NCBI GenBank assembly: GCA_963776345.1
Contig: CAVZMH010000003.1
Location: 32,001-96,000, forward strand
Reading direction: 5' to 3'
Length of the DNA stretch: 64,000 nt
Origin: an uncultured delta proteobacterium
Lineage (GTDB): Bacteria; Myxococcota; Myxococcia; Myxococcales; Myxococcaceae
Part shown: positions 11,345-21,287 of the stretch, piece by piece
Layout of the letters: the number at the start of each line of letters is the position of its first letter
Numbering within the stretch: the first letter of the stretch is position 1
Translations under genes and position numbers: made by a program
Notes under the pieces: model-generated
The model's input: the letters and a program-made list of their open reading frames with translations, nothing else
Database searches by the model: none
What the model was told of the DNA's origin: nothing

Positions 11345-11833
11345 ATGCGCTCAGCAGTTGCCCTGCTGCTCGTGGCGTCGGGGGTGTCCAACTCCGGGTG
11401 CTCCTTCATCTTCACCGAAAGGGGCCGCAGCCGGAGGTGCAACCGCCGCCGCCGTGCACGACGTCGAACGCGGCCCCCACCGCTGACGCGATCATCGGGG
11501 GGCTGGGGGCGGTCGGCCTGGTCGCCGGGCTGGCCGTGGGAGCGAGCTACGCCGGCGAGAACTGCTCCGGATTTGGATGCATCGGGACGGGGGTGGGCGC
11601 CGGCGCCGGATTCGGCGCGGCCATCGTCGGCGGTATCGCCGCCGCCGTCTTCATCCCGTCGGCGGTGGTTGGCTACAACCGAACCGCCGCTCTGTCGAGC
11701 CTCGCAAGAGCCGAAGTCTCAAGAAGCGGAGGCACCAGCCCTGCCCGAGTCGTCGCTGCTCCTGGTGCCCCGCGCGCGGGCTGCCCCTCACGGGCCTCAC
11801 CGCGTGGCAGCTTCGTCGGCTCGTGCTCGATGA
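11345..11833 (+). pseudogene. Small membrane lipoprotein-like gene broken by frameshifts
   Basis: MRSAVALLLVASGVSNSGCSFIF, then in another frame PPCTTSNAAPTADAIIGGLG... with two Gly-rich TM-like segments. Shifts near 11420 and 11690. Confidence 0.45.
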
Positions 11834-12900
11834 GCCCACGACGTGCGCGAACGGAACTCCGGCCGAGCTCTGGGTCTGGCCCGGGTCCGAGGACCTCCTC
11901 ATCGTCCTGGAGGGAGGGTGGCCCTGTTCGGACTACGACAGCTGCTGCAGGCTGTCCGGCTCTCCGGCGTGCCCCGGCCGCCCTGCGCCGATGGAAGCGC
12001 GGTGCCGTGTCTGGCCAGCACCGCTGGGAACGTGAACCCGGGGGAACTTCCCGGCATCTTCGCCTCCTGGGACAGCAGTGACTTCAGCGGGAACCGCTGC
12101 GACCGCGTCGACCCGAACAACGTGCGTTTGGTCTTCACCGTCGTCTACTTCCGACACGTTCGAACACCAAGGACGGAAACTGCGTCAGCATCGACCGCTT
12201 CAAGTGGGCCGAGGACCACCACCACGGAGCCACGAATGTTCTTCGTGGGCTGGGTCACCGCGATTCCAGCTCCGAGGCGTCCGGTGGTGAGCGGATCTGC
12301 TCGGCGCGAGCACGCCCAACGGCAGTCTTCATGTACGACGACGGGACGAATCGGAGACGAGGTGGCCGGCGACCAGGTGGCTTCACCTGATCGATGACTC
12401 CGGCCCGGCCCTCGCCGGCGTCCCCGTCCACCGGCGGCTGTTCCGTCAGTCGGATGTCCTGGAGCCGCTGGCGTCCAGGCCGTGCTCGGCGACATCTGTC
12501 CGGAGTGCGAGCGTGACTTCTCGGCGATCAACTCCGCGCTCGAGCGCTGGTATCCGAACGATCGCAAGTCGCTCCTGAGCCACCTCTTCGACCCCAGGAT
12601 CGAGTGGGCGTACGGCCTGATACCGGTGTGGTGGAAGCGATGCGGGTCGATGCCGTGTACCGTCGGCACTCGCGAGGTCTTCGGGCACGAGGCGACGGGA
12701 AGTGGACGTCGCCAATGCGGCTCAACGCTCATGGGCCCACGACACCGACGACCATCTCCTGGCCACCGATGCCGGCTGGGCGGCTGTGCGGCGGTCCGGA
12801 GCCGCGCGAGAACACCTCCGCAGCTCCAAGCTCTCCTGTGGCGCAGCGTGCAACGCTTCTCCAGCGCCGAAGGTTGCGCGAGCCGCTCAAGGTGCCCGGT
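11800..12900 (+). pseudogene. Fragmented pectin-acetylesterase-like hydrolase gene; boundaries approximate
   Basis: TTCANGTPAELWVWPGSEDLLIVLEGGWPCSDYDSC resembles the C.DGSP...L.GGG.C....C start of the family. The rest is scattered over several frames and codon bias is weak. Confidence 0.4.
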
Positions 12901-12949
12901 GACTCCTCCTCCGCCTCCCTAGGCTGAGGGTGCTAAGAGGCACACCCCC

Positions 12950-13066
12950 ATGGCCACCAAGATCGGAAACCGCAGCAAGCGAAAGCTGAAGAACCGGGCG
13001 AAGGTGAAGCGCCGAGGGCTGAAGCGCGGCCGCGTGCGCCGGCAGAAGGCCGCCGGGCGTCGGTAG
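12950..13066 (+). CDS. 38-aa very basic small protein
   Basis: MATKIGNRSKRKLKNRAKVKRRGLKRGRVRRQKAAGRR*. GAGG lies 9 nt upstream, all Lys codons are AAG, and it is too short for the ORF track. Confidence 0.7.
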   Translation: MATKIGNRSKRKLKNRAKVKRRGLKRGRVRRQKAAGRR

Positions 13067-13134
13067 CGCGCCGCCCGCCCCGCGGCGGTCGACTGTGCTG
13101 GCGCGCGAGGCATTGCCCCGGCTAGCGACCCGTC

Positions 13135-14040
13135 ATGGACACGCGCGCCATCTTCGATTTCGTCGTCACCTTCACCAACGGCGGGAGTCTCCGGGGCGAG
13201 GACTTCCGCCTGGATCTGCCGCGGCCGGACGCCACCGAGCAGGAGATCGCAGCCCTGCTGGTCGCCCACCTCGGCCTCCTGATGGTGGGCGGGGTGGAGC
13301 TGCGGAACCTGCGCCGGGTCGAGGAGCCGCACCGAGGCTCGCGCGGCGTTCCTCGCGCGCCGGTCGCCGGCCGCCGGCTGGTCGACCTGAGCCACCCCAT
13401 CCACCACGGGCTGGTCACGTACCCGGGTCTGCCGGCCCCGGAGATCTCCGACCACCTCTCGCGCGAGGCCTCGGCCGGGAAGTACGCCCCGGGCGTCACC
13501 TTCCAGATCGGCCGCATCAGCCTGGTCGCGAACACCGGCACGTACCTGGACAGCCCCTGGCACCGGTACGCCGACGGCGTGGACCTGGCGGGTCTCCCGC
13601 TCGGCGCGCTGGTCGACCTCGACGGCGTGCTGCTCCGGGCCACCGGGACGGGCCGCCGCGCCATCGACGTGCTCGACCTCGCGCCGCTCGACGTGCGCGG
13701 GAAGGCCGTGCTGCTCCACACCGGCTGGGACGTGCACTTCGGCACCGAGCGGTACGGCAAGGAGGCGCCGTTCCTCACCGACGCCGGCGCGGCCTGGCTG
13801 GTGGAGAACGGAGCGGCCCTGGTCGGCATCGACTCCATCAACATCGACGACATGGCGGACGGAGCCCGTCCCGCCCACTCGCGACTCCTCGCCGCCGGCA
13901 TTCCCATCGTCGAGCACCTCCGAGGCCTCGAGCAGCTCCCGGCCCGCGGCTTTCGCTTCTCGGCGGCACCTCCGCGCATCCAGGGCCTCGGGACGTTCCC
14001 CGTCCGTGCCTATGCGGTGGTGGAGAGCCGGCGTCCCTAG
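13135..14040 (+). CDS. Cyclase (kynurenine formamidase-like) family protein with an N-terminal extension
   Basis: LVDLSHPI, NTGTYLDSPWH, VLLHTGW, LVGIDS, IPIVEHL, PVRAYA. Confidence 0.88.
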   Translation: MDTRAIFDFVVTFTNGGSLRGEDFRLDLPRPDATEQEIAALLVAHLGLLMVGGVELRNLRRVEEPHRGSRGVPRAPVAGRRLVDLSHPIHHGLVTYPGLPAPEISDHLSREASAGKYAPGVTFQIGRISLVANTGTYLDSPWHRYADGVDLAGLPLGALVDLDGVLLRATGTGRRAIDVLDLAPLDVRGKAVLLHTGWDVHFGTERYGKEAPFLTDAGAAWLVENGAALVGIDSINIDDMADGARPAHSRLLAAGIPIVEHLRGLEQLPARGFRFSAAPPRIQGLGTFPVRAYAVVESRRP

Positions 14041-15253
14041 AGGCCGGATGGAGCAGCCGCCGACACCGGGGCGGCGGGCGTCGCCGGCGCGAGCTCGGGC
14101 AGCGACGTGGCGAACGTCGAGGACGCGTTCCGGAGCCGCTGCAGCACCGCCTGCGCCTCGGCGCCGGTGAGCGGGTAGGGCTGGACGGGTCGGTCGGGGA
14201 AGCGATCGATCTTCAGGGGGAACAGCTCCGCGCCCAGGTACCCGCTCCGGTCGAAGCGGGCCTTCACCAGCACCGAGTCCTTGTCCCGCGGGTTCCAGTT
14301 GCCGCCGAAGACGAAGTTCCCGAGCGAGTAGAAGACCGGCGCCTGGCCCATCCGCTCCATCCCGTGCAGCACGTGCGGGTGCGCGCCGAGCACCGCCGCC
14401 GCGCCGGACTCGACCGCCGCCTTCGCCAGCGCCAGCTGGTACGCGTCCGGTCCCTTGCTGCCCTCGCGGCCCCAGTGGAAGAAGGGGATGACCAGAATCC
14501 GCCTCCTTCCTCGCCGCCGCCACGTCCTCGCGCACCATCTTCTCCACCACCGTCCAGTCGCTCGGGTGCCCGGCGACGCCGGCGGTGGTCTCGGTCGCCC
14601 AGATCACGGCGGGCTCGGGGTGCGCCGCGCCGAGGATGAGGTAGCCGAGGAAGGCGATCTTGAGCCCGCCCACCTCGACGATGGCCGGCTTCCGCGCCTC
14701 GGCCAGCGTGCGGCCGGCGCCGAAGTGCGCGATGCCCGCCGCGTCGAGCGTGGCGATGGTGTCCACGACGCCGTCCGGCCCGTAGTCCATGAGGTGGTTG
14801 TTGGCGAGCGTGACGGCCCGGATGCCCGCGTCGACCAGGACGGACACGCTCGACGGCCGTGCGCGGAAGTTGAAGTTCTTGGGAATCGGTGCGCCACGCG
14901 CGGTGAACGGGCACTCGAGGTTGACCACCACCAGGTCCGCCCCGGCGAAGAGCGGCTTCACCTCCGAGAAGCCCCAGCCGTCCACCGCCGGGCCGCTCTG
15001 TCCCTTGGCGCGGAGCCCGTCCACCCACTCCTCGTAGTGCGCGCCGAGGGTGACGTCTCCGCCCGCGACGAGCGTGACGGGCCCGGGCGGTGGCGCTTCG
15101 GCCGGCGCCGGGGCTGGCGCGGCGGTCAGCGGTGGCTCCTGGCGAGTCTCGATCTCCGGGCGGACGGTGGCCCGCGGGGCGCACGCGGCGACGAGGCCCA
15201 GCGTGCAGACGAGGGCGAGAGTGTGTAAGATCGTGGCGGCGTACGGGTTTCAC
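14037..15253 (-). CDS. CapA/PGA_cap metallophosphatase-fold lipoprotein; frameshifts near 14497 and 15232
   Basis: GDV, VNLECP, LANNHLMDYG, FHWG, GAHPHV, YSLGNFVF; lipobox LVAAC. The GTG at 15253 follows GGAG. Confidence 0.85.
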
Positions 15254-15317
15254 GTCGGCTCCGGAGTGTAGCTTGCAGAGCCGGTTTTCCGCTGAATACA
15301 GTGGCCCGGCACCCCCC

Positions 15318-16133
15318 ATGGCCCGCGAGAAGGACAACATCGCGCTCTCCGACGAGCACAACTCCCGCGGCATCGAGCTCGCCGATCGCGGCTGGCTCGA
15401 CGAGGCCATCCGCGAGTTCCGGAAGGCCATCGACCTCGACCCGGACTCGGCCCACGCCCACGACAACCTGGCGACCGTCTACGCGGAGAAGAAGCTCTAC
15501 CGCGAGGCGCTCGCCGAGTACCTCACCGCGCTCAAGCTGGAGCCGGACAGCGCCACCGCGCACTACAACCTCGCCTGCTTCCTCTCCACGCACGGCCCCG
15601 AGTTCGCGGTCGCCGCCTACAAGCAGGCGATCGAGCTCGACCCGGAGTACCCGGACGCCCACCTGAACCTCGGCCTCACCTACGCCGACCACGGACGGGT
15701 GGAGGAGGCCATCGCCGAGCTGCAGACCGCCATCGAGCTCGACGCGGCCGACGCCTTCCCCCGCCACGAGCTGGCCGCGCTGCTCATGGACGAGGGCGAC
15801 TACCGCGGCGCCATCGCCCAGCTGAAGGAGGTCGTCCGCCTCGAGCCGGAGGACTTCGAGGCCCATCTGGACCTCGGCATCTGCTACGCGCAGAAAGGCT
15901 TCTACGCCGAGGCCGAGCGGGCCTACGGAAAGGCGCAGGCGCTGAACCCGGACGACCTGCTCCTCCACTACAACCTCGCCGCGCTGCACGCGCTCTGGGG
16001 CAAGAAGCCCGAGGCGCTGGAGTGGCTGAAGAAGGCCCTCGAGGCCGACCGGCAGAAGGTCTCGGGCTGGCTCGCCACCGACCCGATGTTCGACGGGCTG
16101 AAGGGCGATCCGGAGTACGAGAGCCTGCTGTGA
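15318..16133 (+). CDS. Tetratricopeptide repeat protein
   Basis: Several tandem TPRs (AHDNLA, AHYNLA, AHLNLG, AHLDLG). Confidence 0.9.
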   Translation: MAREKDNIALSDEHNSRGIELADRGWLDEAIREFRKAIDLDPDSAHAHDNLATVYAEKKLYREALAEYLTALKLEPDSATAHYNLACFLSTHGPEFAVAAYKQAIELDPEYPDAHLNLGLTYADHGRVEEAIAELQTAIELDAADAFPRHELAALLMDEGDYRGAIAQLKEVVRLEPEDFEAHLDLGICYAQKGFYAEAERAYGKAQALNPDDLLLHYNLAALHALWGKKPEALEWLKKALEADRQKVSGWLATDPMFDGLKGDPEYESLL

Positions 16134-16143
16134 GGCCCGCTCC

Positions 16144-17487
16144 TTGAGCACCGAGGCCTGGCACATCGCGATCGCGGTGGTGCTGGTCCTGATCAACGCG
16201 TTCTTCGTCGCCTCGGAGATGGCGCTGGTCCGGGCCCGGCCCACCCGCTTCCAGACGCTCGCCGAGGACGGGAACCGCGCCGCGGAGCGCACGCTCGGGT
16301 TGCTCGGAAACCTTGGTCCCTATCTGAGCACGGTGCAGTTCGGGGTGACGCTCACCTCGCTCGGCATGGGCTGGGTGGGCGAGCCCGCCTTCGCGGCGGT
16401 CATCGAGCGCGCGCTCCACGCCGCTTTTCCGGAGCGGCACGGCTTTTTGGCCCTGGCCCACACGCTCGCCTTCCTGGTGGGCTTCGCGATCATCACCATC
16501 CTGCATCTGGTCATCGGCGAGCTGGTCCCGAAAAATCTCGGATTGCAGCGGACCGAGTCGGTGGCCATGGCCGTGTCCGGACCGATGCGGGCCATCTACC
16601 TCGTCTCGTATCCGGCGGTGACGGTCATCAACCGGATGGCCTCGGCGGTCTCGCGGCTCCTCGGGCTGAAGCCGGCCGGGTCCGAGGAAATCGCGTTCAA
16701 CCCCGAGGAGCTGGCGATGCTCGTCGACAGCTCGGCGCGCGCCGGCCGGATCACCGAGGAGCGGGCGGAGCTGCTCGCCCGGGCGTTCTCCATGTCCGAG
16801 AAGACGGCCCGCCAGGTCCTCGTCCCCCGGCAGCAGGTCCGCTACCTGGACCTGGACGAGCCGCTGGAGCACAACATCGCCGAGGCCCGCGCCGCCGGCC
16901 ACACCTGGGTGCCCGTCGCCCGCGGGACCCTCGACCAGGTCGAGGGAGTGGTGAACGTCAAGGACCTGTTCTTCCTCCTCGCCAACGGCCAGCTGAAGAG
17001 CCTCGGCCAGGTCCAGCGGCCGGTGCTCTTCGTCCCCGAGAACGTGACGCTGGAGCAGCTCCTCATCGAGTTCAGGAAGCGCCGCCGCCAGCTCGCGGTG
17101 GTGGTCGACGAGCACGGCGGGACGAGCGGCATCGTCACCCTCGCCGACGTGGTCGCCGAGGTGGTGGGGGACGTCGCCGAGCTCGGCCGCCGCGTGTCCG
17201 AGGTGAAGACGCTGCCCGGCGGACGACTGGAGCTGCCGGGCACCACCCAGCTCTCGGACCTGGAGGACCGGCTCGACGTCCGCTTCGACGTGGACCCCGC
17301 CGAGGTGAGCACCATCGCCGGCTTCCTCATGGCCCGGCTCGGACGGGTGCCCGAGCCCGGCGACCACACCGAAGTGGACGAGTTCGAGATCCGCGTCGCC
17401 GAGACCGACGGACCGCGCGTCCTGAAGGTCCGGATCGAGCCGAAGCCGGCCGCCCAGCCGCCCCCGCCGCCGGCCGCATCGGCATGA
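16144..17487 (+). CDS. Hemolysin/CNNM family protein (DUF21 + CBS pair + CorC_HlyC)
   Basis: NAFFVASEMALV, GELVPK, VVDEHGGTSGIVT, TIAGF. Confidence 0.92.
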   Translation: MSTEAWHIAIAVVLVLINAFFVASEMALVRARPTRFQTLAEDGNRAAERTLGLLGNLGPYLSTVQFGVTLTSLGMGWVGEPAFAAVIERALHAAFPERHGFLALAHTLAFLVGFAIITILHLVIGELVPKNLGLQRTESVAMAVSGPMRAIYLVSYPAVTVINRMASAVSRLLGLKPAGSEEIAFNPEELAMLVDSSARAGRITEERAELLARAFSMSEKTARQVLVPRQQVRYLDLDEPLEHNIAEARAAGHTWVPVARGTLDQVEGVVNVKDLFFLLANGQLKSLGQVQRPVLFVPENVTLEQLLIEFRKRRRQLAVVVDEHGGTSGIVTLADVVAEVVGDVAELGRRVSEVKTLPGGRLELPGTTQLSDLEDRLDVRFDVDPAEVSTIAGFLMARLGRVPEPGDHTEVDEFEIRVAETDGPRVLKVRIEPKPAAQPPPPPAASA

Positions 17488-17585
17488 GGGTGCACGTAAG
17501 GTCACGCAGCGTCATGCACCGCTTGCCGCAGACTTCACCGACGCGGTAAAACCTCCCGTCTTTCCCAAGGAGCCTTGACAGCCCC

Positions 17586-20500
17586 ATGCGCATCCGGCGC
17601 CTCGACATCACCGGCTTCAAGTCCTTCATGGACCGGGCGGTGTTCACCTTCGACGAGGGCATCACCGGAGTCGTCGGGCCCAACGGGTGCGGCAAGTCGA
17701 ACGTGGTCGACGCCATCCGCTGGGTGATGGGCGAGCAGAGCGCGAAGAACCTGCGCGGCCGCGGCATGGAGGACGTCATCTTCAACGGGAGCGAGAGCCA
17801 GCCCCCGCTGTCGATGGCCGAGGTGTCGCTCACCTTCGAGGTGGACCCGAGGGACCAGCTCGCGCCCCAGTACGCCGGCTTCGGTGAGGTGACGGTCACC
17901 CGCCGGCTGTTCCGCTCCGGCGAGTCCGAGTACCTCATCAACCGCACCACCTGCCGGCTCCTCGACGTGGTGGAGCTCTTCCTCGGCACCGGCGTGGGCA
18001 CGCGCGCCTACAGCATCATCGAGCAGGGGCGGGTGGGGCTCATCGTCTCGGCCAAGGCCGAGGACCGCCGGAGCATCATCGAGGAGGCGGCCGGGGTGAC
18101 GAAGTACAAGTCGCGCCGGAAGGCCGCCGAGCGAAAGCTCGAGGCGACCGAGGCCAACCTCCTCCGCGTCGCGGACTTGGTGGGCGAGCTGGAGAAGCGG
18201 CTCGACGCGCTCGGCCGCCAGGCGAAGAAGGCCGAGAAGTACCGCTCGCTCAAGGCGCGCATCCGGGAGATCGAGCTGCACCAGGCCAGCCACAAGCTGC
18301 TCGGGCTGCTCGCGGAGCAGAAGCACCTCCAGGATTCCATCTCCGCGCTCGGCGAGACGGAGCAGGCCGCGCTACGGCGGGTGCGGGCGCTCGAGGCCGA
18401 GGTCGAGTCTTGCCGGTCCCGGCTGGAGGCGGACGGGCAGCGGCTCCAGGCGCTCTCCGACGAGGTGCACGCGCTCGACAGCCAGACCCGCGAGACGGAG
18501 CAGGCGCTGGCATTCTGGCGCGCGGATCTCGCCACCGCCGAGGCGGCGGAGTCGGCGGCTAGGGCCGAGGGCGAGGTCCTCGCCGGCCGTCTCTCCGCGC
18601 TGGAGATCCGGCGGACGGCCCTGGAGGCCGAGCTGGCCGCGCTCACCGGCGCCTCGGCGGCGGACGAGGCGGCGATGCGCCGGGCCCAGGAGGGGCTCGA
18701 GGCGGCGCAGGGCCTGCAGCGCGAGGCCCAGGAGCGGCTGGAGCAGGAGCGGCTGGCGCTGCTCGGGCTCGCCGGCCGCATCGCCAACCAGGAGACGCAG
18801 CTCACCGCGCTGTCGGCGCGCCGGGAGGAGCTCCGGGAGCGGCATCGGCTGGCCACGGCCGAGCTGCAGGCGGTGCGGGGGCAGGAGTCCGCGCTGGACC
18901 GCGAGCGCGGCGAGGTGACCCGCAGGGTGCAGCAGAGCCGGCAGCTCACGCTCGAGCTCGCCGAGCGCCGCGGGGCCGAGGAGGACGCGCTGCAGCGCAC
19001 CCGGGCCGCCTTCGCCGAGAGCGAGGTTGGCGTCATCTCGCTCCGCGAGGAGCTGGCGGACCGGCGCAGCCGCCTCCACTCGCTGGAGGAGATCCAGCGT
19101 CACTACGAGGGCTTCGACCGCGGCGTGCGTGCGGTGATGCTCCGGGCCGGCGCCGAGGCGCGCTCGCAGGGCATCTTCGGCCTGGTGGCGGACGTGGTCG
19201 CCACCTCGCCGCGCTTCGAGCGGGCCATCGAGGCGGCGCTGGGAGCCCGGCTCCAGAACGTGCTCGTCGGGAGCCGCTCGGTGGGGCTCGAGCTCTCGCG
19301 CTACCTGGCGTCGGTCGCCGAGGGGCGGAGCTCGTTCCTCCCGGTTCCCGAGCTGGCGGTCGCACCGTCGCTTCCGCTGCCGGAGGGTCTCTCCGGGGTC
19401 CTGGGCCGCGCGACGGACGAGGTCCGCGCCGAGCCCGAGTTCCGGCCGGTGATCGACCTGCTCCTCGGCAACGTGCTCCTGGTCGAGGACCTCGAGGCTG
19501 CGGCCCGGGTGCGAGACCTGGCTCCGGCCTTCACCGCGGTGACGCTCGCCGGCGAGGTGCTGGCGGCGGACGGGACGCTCACCGGCGGCGTGCTGGAGGG
19601 CCCGGGCTCGGGCGCGCTCCAGAAGAAGCGGGAGATCGCCGAGCTGGCCGAGACGGTGGCCGCGACCGAGGCCCGCTACAACGAGCTGCTCACCCGGCAC
19701 TACGCGCTCCAGAAGCAGATCCTCCACACCGAGGAGCTGCTCAAGGGCCTGCAGAAGCACCACCACGAGGAGGAGCTGGTCCGCTCCGCCCTGGAGAAGG
19801 ACCTGCACCAGGCCTCCGAGCAGCTGGCCCGGTTCCGCGATCGGATCGGCCAGCTGGTCCGTGACTCCGAGGCGCTCGAGGAGTCGCTGGCCCGGGTGGA
19901 CCGGGACGAGGAGGCGGCCCGCGGCGAGTCGGCGCACGCCCAGGCCGAGCGGGCCTCGCGCGAGGATCGGGCCCGCGAGCTCCAGGAACGTCTCGAAGGG
20001 CTGCAGCGCTCCGCCGAGGCCCATGGGCAGGAGCTGATGGCGCTCCGGGTCAAGGTCGCCTCGCACGCCGAGCGCGCCGAGGCGGCGCGGGCGTCGCTGG
20101 CCGAAGTCACCTCCGGCCTGGCCGAGCTGGCCGAGCGGCAGTCACGGGCGCAGGAGGCGCGCGCCCAGGCCGTCGCGAGGCGCGAGGAGCTGAGCGGCCG
20201 GATCGCCGCCGCGGAGGAAGGTCACACCGGGCGGCTCCAGCGCCTGGCCGAGGGGACGGCGCAGCTGGAGGAGGGACGCCGGGCTCACGCCGGGGAGGTG
20301 GCGCGAGTCCGGGCGGACGAGACCAGCCTGCGCGACGAGCGCGCCCGGCTGGACGGCGTGACCGAGGGGCTCGGGCAGATCACCCTCCGCGAGCGCGCGC
20401 TGGTGCTGGACGTGGAGCACCTGGTCCGCTCGGTCGAGGAGCGCCACCAGACCGACCTGGGGGAGGAGCTGCACCGGTTCCACACCTACCGGCTGCTGGA

Positions 20501-21179
20501 GGCCTCCGAGGAGCAGCAGCTCCGCGAGCTGCGCGGGCAGCTGGAGCGGCTCGGGGAGATCAACCTCACCGCCATCGAGGAGCACCAGGAGGTGGCGCAG
20601 CGGCACGGCTTCCTCGCCGGGCAGAAGCGGGACCTCGAGGCGAGCATCAAGGCGCTGCGCGAGGCCATCGCCAAGATCGACCGCACCAGCCGCGAGCGCT
20701 TCGCCCGGACCTTCGAGGTGGTGAACGACCGCTTCCAGCGTGTCTTCCCTCGCCTGTTCGGCGGCGGGCGGGCCGGCCTGCTCCTCACCGAGGAGGGCCC
20801 CACCGGCGAGCCGGGGGTGGAGATCGTCGCCCAGCCGCCGGGGAAGAAGCTGCAGAGCGTGACCCTGCTCTCGGGCGGGGAGAAGGCGCTGACCGCCGTC
20901 GCCCTCATCTTCGCCATCTTCCTCATCAAGCCCACGCCGTTCTGCCTGCTGGACGAGGTGGACGCCCCGCTCGACGAGGGAAACGTCGGCCGCTACAACG
21001 ACCTGCTCCGCGAGATGTCGAAGCAGTCGCAGTTCATCCTCATCACCCACAACAAGCGGACCATGGAGGTCGTGGACACGCTGTACGGGGTGACGATGGA
21101 GGAGCCGGGCATCAGCAAGCTGGTGTCGGTCCGGCTCCGCGATGCCGCCGCGGCCAACGACGACCAGGCGGTGGCCTGA
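17586..21179 (+). CDS. smc: Chromosome segregation protein SMC
   Basis: GFKSF, GPNGCGKSN, long coiled coils, hinge, LSGGEK, LDEVDAPLD, ITH; 1197 aa. Confidence 0.97.
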   Translation: MRIRRLDITGFKSFMDRAVFTFDEGITGVVGPNGCGKSNVVDAIRWVMGEQSAKNLRGRGMEDVIFNGSESQPPLSMAEVSLTFEVDPRDQLAPQYAGFGEVTVTRRLFRSGESEYLINRTTCRLLDVVELFLGTGVGTRAYSIIEQGRVGLIVSAKAEDRRSIIEEAAGVTKYKSRRKAAERKLEATEANLLRVADLVGELEKRLDALGRQAKKAEKYRSLKARIREIELHQASHKLLGLLAEQKHLQDSISALGETEQAALRRVRALEAEVESCRSRLEADGQRLQALSDEVHALDSQTRETEQALAFWRADLATAEAAESAARAEGEVLAGRLSALEIRRTALEAELAALTGASAADEAAMRRAQEGLEAAQGLQREAQERLEQERLALLGLAGRIANQETQLTALSARREELRERHRLATAELQAVRGQESALDRERGEVTRRVQQSRQLTLELAERRGAEEDALQRTRAAFAESEVGVISLREELADRRSRLHSLEEIQRHYEGFDRGVRAVMLRAGAEARSQGIFGLVADVVATSPRFERAIEAALGARLQNVLVGSRSVGLELSRYLASVAEGRSSFLPVPELAVAPSLPLPEGLSGVLGRATDEVRAEPEFRPVIDLLLGNVLLVEDLEAAARVRDLAPAFTAVTLAGEVLAADGTLTGGVLEGPGSGALQKKREIAELAETVAATEARYNELLTRHYALQKQILHTEELLKGLQKHHHEEELVRSALEKDLHQASEQLARFRDRIGQLVRDSEALEESLARVDRDEEAARGESAHAQAERASREDRARELQERLEGLQRSAEAHGQELMALRVKVASHAERAEAARASLAEVTSGLAELAERQSRAQEARAQAVARREELSGRIAAAEEGHTGRLQRLAEGTAQLEEGRRAHAGEVARVRADETSLRDERARLDGVTEGLGQITLRERALVLDVEHLVRSVEERHQTDLGEELHRFHTYRLLEASEEQQLRELRGQLERLGEINLTAIEEHQEVAQRHGFLAGQKRDLEASIKALREAIAKIDRTSRERFARTFEVVNDRFQRVFPRLFGGGRAGLLLTEEGPTGEPGVEIVAQPPGKKLQSVTLLSGGEKALTAVALIFAIFLIKPTPFCLLDEVDAPLDEGNVGRYNDLLREMSKQSQFILITHNKRTMEVVDTLYGVTMEEPGISKLVSVRLRDAAAANDDQAVA

Positions 21180-21181
21180 GA

Positions 21182-21220
21182 GGGACCCGGGCGGCGCCTC
21201 GGGTGCGCCGCCAGGGTCCC
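21182..21220. terminator. GC-rich hairpin between convergent genes
   Basis: GGGACCC-G-GGCGGCGC / 7-nt loop / GCGCCGCC-A-GGGTCCC, 3 nt after the smc stop; no U-tract. Confidence 0.5.
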
Positions 21221-21287
21221 GGGGCCTGGCCCTAACGTCGAGACCACTTGGCAAGCGAGGGACGGATCGATCCAAGTGGTTTCGGCG

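Noticed and set aside
13095..13120. Sigma54 promoter before the cyclase gene (TGGCGCG...TTGC)
   Set aside because: The spacing is not GG-N10-GC.
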